NCBI GenBank assembly: GCA_021773215.1
Contig: JAJFKM010000041.1
Span: 1,099 to 65,098 of the forward strand
Direction of reading: 5' to 3'
Source: Gammaproteobacteria bacterium
GTDB lineage: Bacteria > Pseudomonadota > Gammaproteobacteria > Eutrophobiales > Eutrophobiaceae
DNA: 64,000 bases
A program made the translations under genes and the position numbers. The notes beneath the pieces are model-generated. The model was not told where the DNA came from. It did not search any database and saw nothing but the letters and a program-made list of their open reading frames with translations. Below, in pieces: positions 61,413 through 64,000 of this stretch (position 1 is its first letter; each line of letters starts with the position of its first letter).

Positions 61413-62165
61413 ATGACGATGCATTTTTTATTGAGCAACGATGATGGCTACCAATCCCCAGCCTTGGCCGCGTTAGCGGAGATGTTGGCTGAACTCGGAA
61501 AAGTAACCGTTGTTGCACCTGATAGAGATCGTAGTGGCGCGAGTAACTCACTGACATTAGATGCGCCACTTCATGTCAAACAAGATAGCCGTGGTTTTCA
61601 TTATGTAAACGGCACACCAACTGACTGCGTACATTTAGCGATTACCGGCATGTTAGATGAAGAGCCTGATATGGTTATTAGTGGCATCAATACCGGTGCA
61701 AACCTGGGTGATGATGTGCTTTATTCAGGGACAGTCGCAGCAGCCATGGAGGGACGTTTCATGGGTTGTCCTGCCATCGCATTTTCTCTAGCTGGAGAAA
61801 GACAATCTGACTACAAGCCAGCAGTAAGAATCGCCAGGAAAATTATTGAATCACTCATGGAAAAACCTTTAGAAGATGTGTTATTAAATGTGAATATTCC
61901 TGATATTGATTATGAACAAATAAAAGGCATGACAGTAACACGATTGGGTAACCGACATAAATCTGAACCTGTGCTTGAGGCATTTGATCCACGCGGTAGA
62001 AAAGTTTATTGGGTAGGACCAGTTGGTTCTGAACAAGATGCTGGCGAAGGCACGGATTTTCATGCCATTCGCTCTGATAAGGTTTCCATCACGCCATTGC
62101 AAATTGATTTAACACGGCACCAATCTTTAAAATCGTTATCTACCTGGATAGAAGGTCTAGACTGA
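61413..62165 (+). CDS. surE: 5'/3'-nucleotidase SurE
   Basis: SNDDG, SGASNS, GTPTDC, YSGTV. Confidence 0.98.
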   Translation: MTMHFLLSNDDGYQSPALAALAEMLAELGKVTVVAPDRDRSGASNSLTLDAPLHVKQDSRGFHYVNGTPTDCVHLAITGMLDEEPDMVISGINTGANLGDDVLYSGTVAAAMEGRFMGCPAIAFSLAGERQSDYKPAVRIARKIIESLMEKPLEDVLLNVNIPDIDYEQIKGMTVTRLGNRHKSEPVLEAFDPRGRKVYWVGPVGSEQDAGEGTDFHAIRSDKVSITPLQIDLTRHQSLKSLSTWIEGLD

Positions 62166-62830
62166 TGATGGCTGAACATAGTGGTATCGGCATGACGTCA
62201 CAACGTACACGTGATCGCCTTGCAGAAACATTGGTGACAATGGGCATTAAATCAGACGTAGTACTCGATGCAATACGCAATACCCCGCGGCATCTTTTTG
62301 TTGATGAAGCCCTGGCGAGTCGCGCGTATGAAAATACCGCATTGCCTATCGGATTTAGCCAGACTATTTCACAACCGTATATTGTTGCAAAAATGACGGA
62401 AGCGTTGATAAAAGATAGAACTCTGGAAAATGTGTTGGAAGTGGGTACAGGTTGCGGATATCAAACAGTCATTATGGCGCAATTTACCAAACGCATTTAC
62501 ACCGTTGAACGTATCAATGGTTTGTTAATACGGGCACGTGAACGTTTTCAAAAACTGGGCTGTACCAATATTCGTAGTAAACATGCAGACGGTAATATTG
62601 GCTGGTCTACGCATGCCCCATTTGATGGCATTATTGTCGCCGCAGCACCTATTGGTGTGCCTGAAGCGTTATTAGAGCAGCTGGCTATTGAGGGACGATT
62701 GATAATCCCTGTTGGCAAGTCAGGTGATCAGAAATTACTATTGATTACCCGTAAAGAAGATGGGTATGAGGAAGAAATTATTGATTCGGTAAGTTTTGTA
62801 CCCATGCTTGGTGGCATTGATACAACTTAA
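62165..62830 (+). CDS. pcm: Protein-L-isoaspartate O-methyltransferase
   Basis: PRHLF, QTISQPY, LEVGTGCGY; surE-pcm-nlpD-rpoS synteny. Confidence 0.97.
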   Translation: MMAEHSGIGMTSQRTRDRLAETLVTMGIKSDVVLDAIRNTPRHLFVDEALASRAYENTALPIGFSQTISQPYIVAKMTEALIKDRTLENVLEVGTGCGYQTVIMAQFTKRIYTVERINGLLIRARERFQKLGCTNIRSKHADGNIGWSTHAPFDGIIVAAAPIGVPEALLEQLAIEGRLIIPVGKSGDQKLLLITRKEDGYEEEIIDSVSFVPMLGGIDTT

Positions 62831-62840
62831 AAGGGATAGG

Positions 62841-63710
62841 ATGAGATCTTGTTATAAGAATGTAATTTATTTACTAATTATTATCTTGCTACAGGCATGT
62901 TCTGGAGTAGGTGTAGCCCCGGTCGCTAATCGCGGTGAAGTTAAAGAAGCAGCGCCGACAACAACTCAACGCGGTACTTCCACACAATCAAAACCAGCAC
63001 CAAAAGCTAAATCAACCATACAAAATAAATCGGGTTACCATATAGTTGGTAAAGGTGACACCTTATATTCAATTGCTTGGCGTTATAATCATGATTATAA
63101 AGCGGTAGCAAGCTGGAATAAGATCAATTCCCCCTATACGATTTATCCAGGACAACTGATTCGTTTAAAACCCCTTGTTGAAAAGAAAGCTGCACCGATT
63201 AAATCAAAAGTTATTGTAAAAACAGCACCTCCTTCATCACCACCAAAACCAGTAACTAAACCATTACCTAAAAAGCCAGTTAAAAAACCAGCTGTTGTCG
63301 CGCAAAAAAACAAGCCCAAGATCGCGCTACCAACAGGACCTATTAAATGGTCGTGGCCGACAACAGGAAAATTAGTCAAATCTAATTCACCCACATCAAA
63401 AAAAGGGATAGATATCTCTGGTAAATCTGGCCAGCGAATAAAAGCCGCGGCTGCTGGCGAAGTTGTCTACAGTGGGAGTGGACTTCTCGGTTATGGTAAG
63501 CTTATTATCATAAAACATAATGAAACGTATCTGAGTGCCTATGCATATAACAGTAAACTTTTGGTCAAGGAAGGCGATAGAGTTAGCGCTGGTCAGCAAA
63601 TCTCTGAAATGGGACAAGACCATACCGGTCGTACTGTGCTTCATTTTGAAATACGCAAGAATGGCAAACCGATTACGCCTACCAAACATCTGCCTAAAAA
63701 GCGCGCATAA
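62841..63710 (+). CDS. nlpD: Lipoprotein NlpD (LysM plus M23)
   Basis: Lipobox LQAC, Lys[22 protein letters not shown]. Confidence 0.95.
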   Translation: MRSCYKNVIYLLIIILLQACSGVGVAPVANRGEVKEAAPTTTQRGTSTQSKPAPKAKSTIQNKSGYHIVGKGDTLYSIAWRYNHDYKAVASWNKINSPYTIYPGQLIRLKPLVEKKAAPIKSKVIVKTAPPSSPPKPVTKPLPKKPVKKPAVVAQKNKPKIALPTGPIKWSWPTTGKLVKSNSPTSKKGIDISGKSGQRIKAAAAGEVVYSGSGLLGYGKLIIIKHNETYLSAYAYNSKLLVKEGDRVSAGQQISEMGQDHTGRTVLHFEIRKNGKPITPTKHLPKKRA

Positions 63711-63733
63711 GCGTTCATCGTAACGGTGATTGT

Positions 63734-64000
63734 ATGAAAGAAGATACGACAAACTCTAAATCAGAACAAAAATTAAAAGATAAAGAAAGCGAAGACGCTT
63801 CCGTGAGCAATGAAGAGTTAGAAGATATCGTCGAAATTGATGAAAAGGATGATGAAAAAAACACAAAAAAAATAACTTCTGAAGCGGCACCAGTTACATC
63901 TGGCGATTTGGATGCAACGCGGCTGTATTTAAATGAGATTGGCTTTTCTCCCTTATTGACTGCTGAAGAAGAAGTTTATTTCTCACGAAAGTTATTAAAG
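63734..64000 (+). CDS. rpoS: RNA polymerase sigma factor RpoS, 5' part (runs off the window)
   Basis: Manual translation …[27 protein letters not shown] directly after nlpD. Confidence 0.93.
   Translation, partial: MKEDTTNSKSEQKLKDKESEDASVSNEELEDIVEIDEKDDEKNTKKITSEAAPVTSGDLDATRLYLNEIGFSPLLTAEEEVYFSRKLLK

Overview
64 kb of a fairly AT-rich gammaproteobacterial chromosome. Coordinates of non-ORF features were counted by hand, and family calls come from motif recognition, not database searches. Bases 1-14.9 kb are an accessory, partly decayed island array anchored at tRNA-Asn. It holds two paralogous GT-C/YfhO-like membrane glycosyltransferase genes, a GMD-like SDR, a DPM1-like GT2 fused to a methyltransferase, two more methyltransferases, a frameshifted desaturase and an NDP-sugar C-methyltransferase. 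It also holds IS3, LamG and tyrosine-integrase remnants, and a ~0.8 kb att-bounded one-gene cassette. The rest is mostly core genome: aspC, uvrB, tRNA-Val, thrS-infC-rpmI-rplT-pheST-ihfA-merR-tRNA-Pro, tolC/pcm, TPP riboswitch-thiC, apt, greB, aas, mltD, gloB, rnhA, dnaQ, grxD, argDF, surE-pcm-nlpD-rpoS. Notable points in the core part: (i) a lipoprotein-glmS-GlrR-like activator-Hpt-CHASE hybrid kinase block followed by a consensus sigma54 promoter; (ii) glnE split into two overlapping genes; (iii) an operon with a spore-photoproduct-lyase-like radical SAM gene and a nucleosidase-like gene; (iv) two different TA-flanked MITE-like elements; (v) twin CsrA-type GGA hairpins upstream of aspC.
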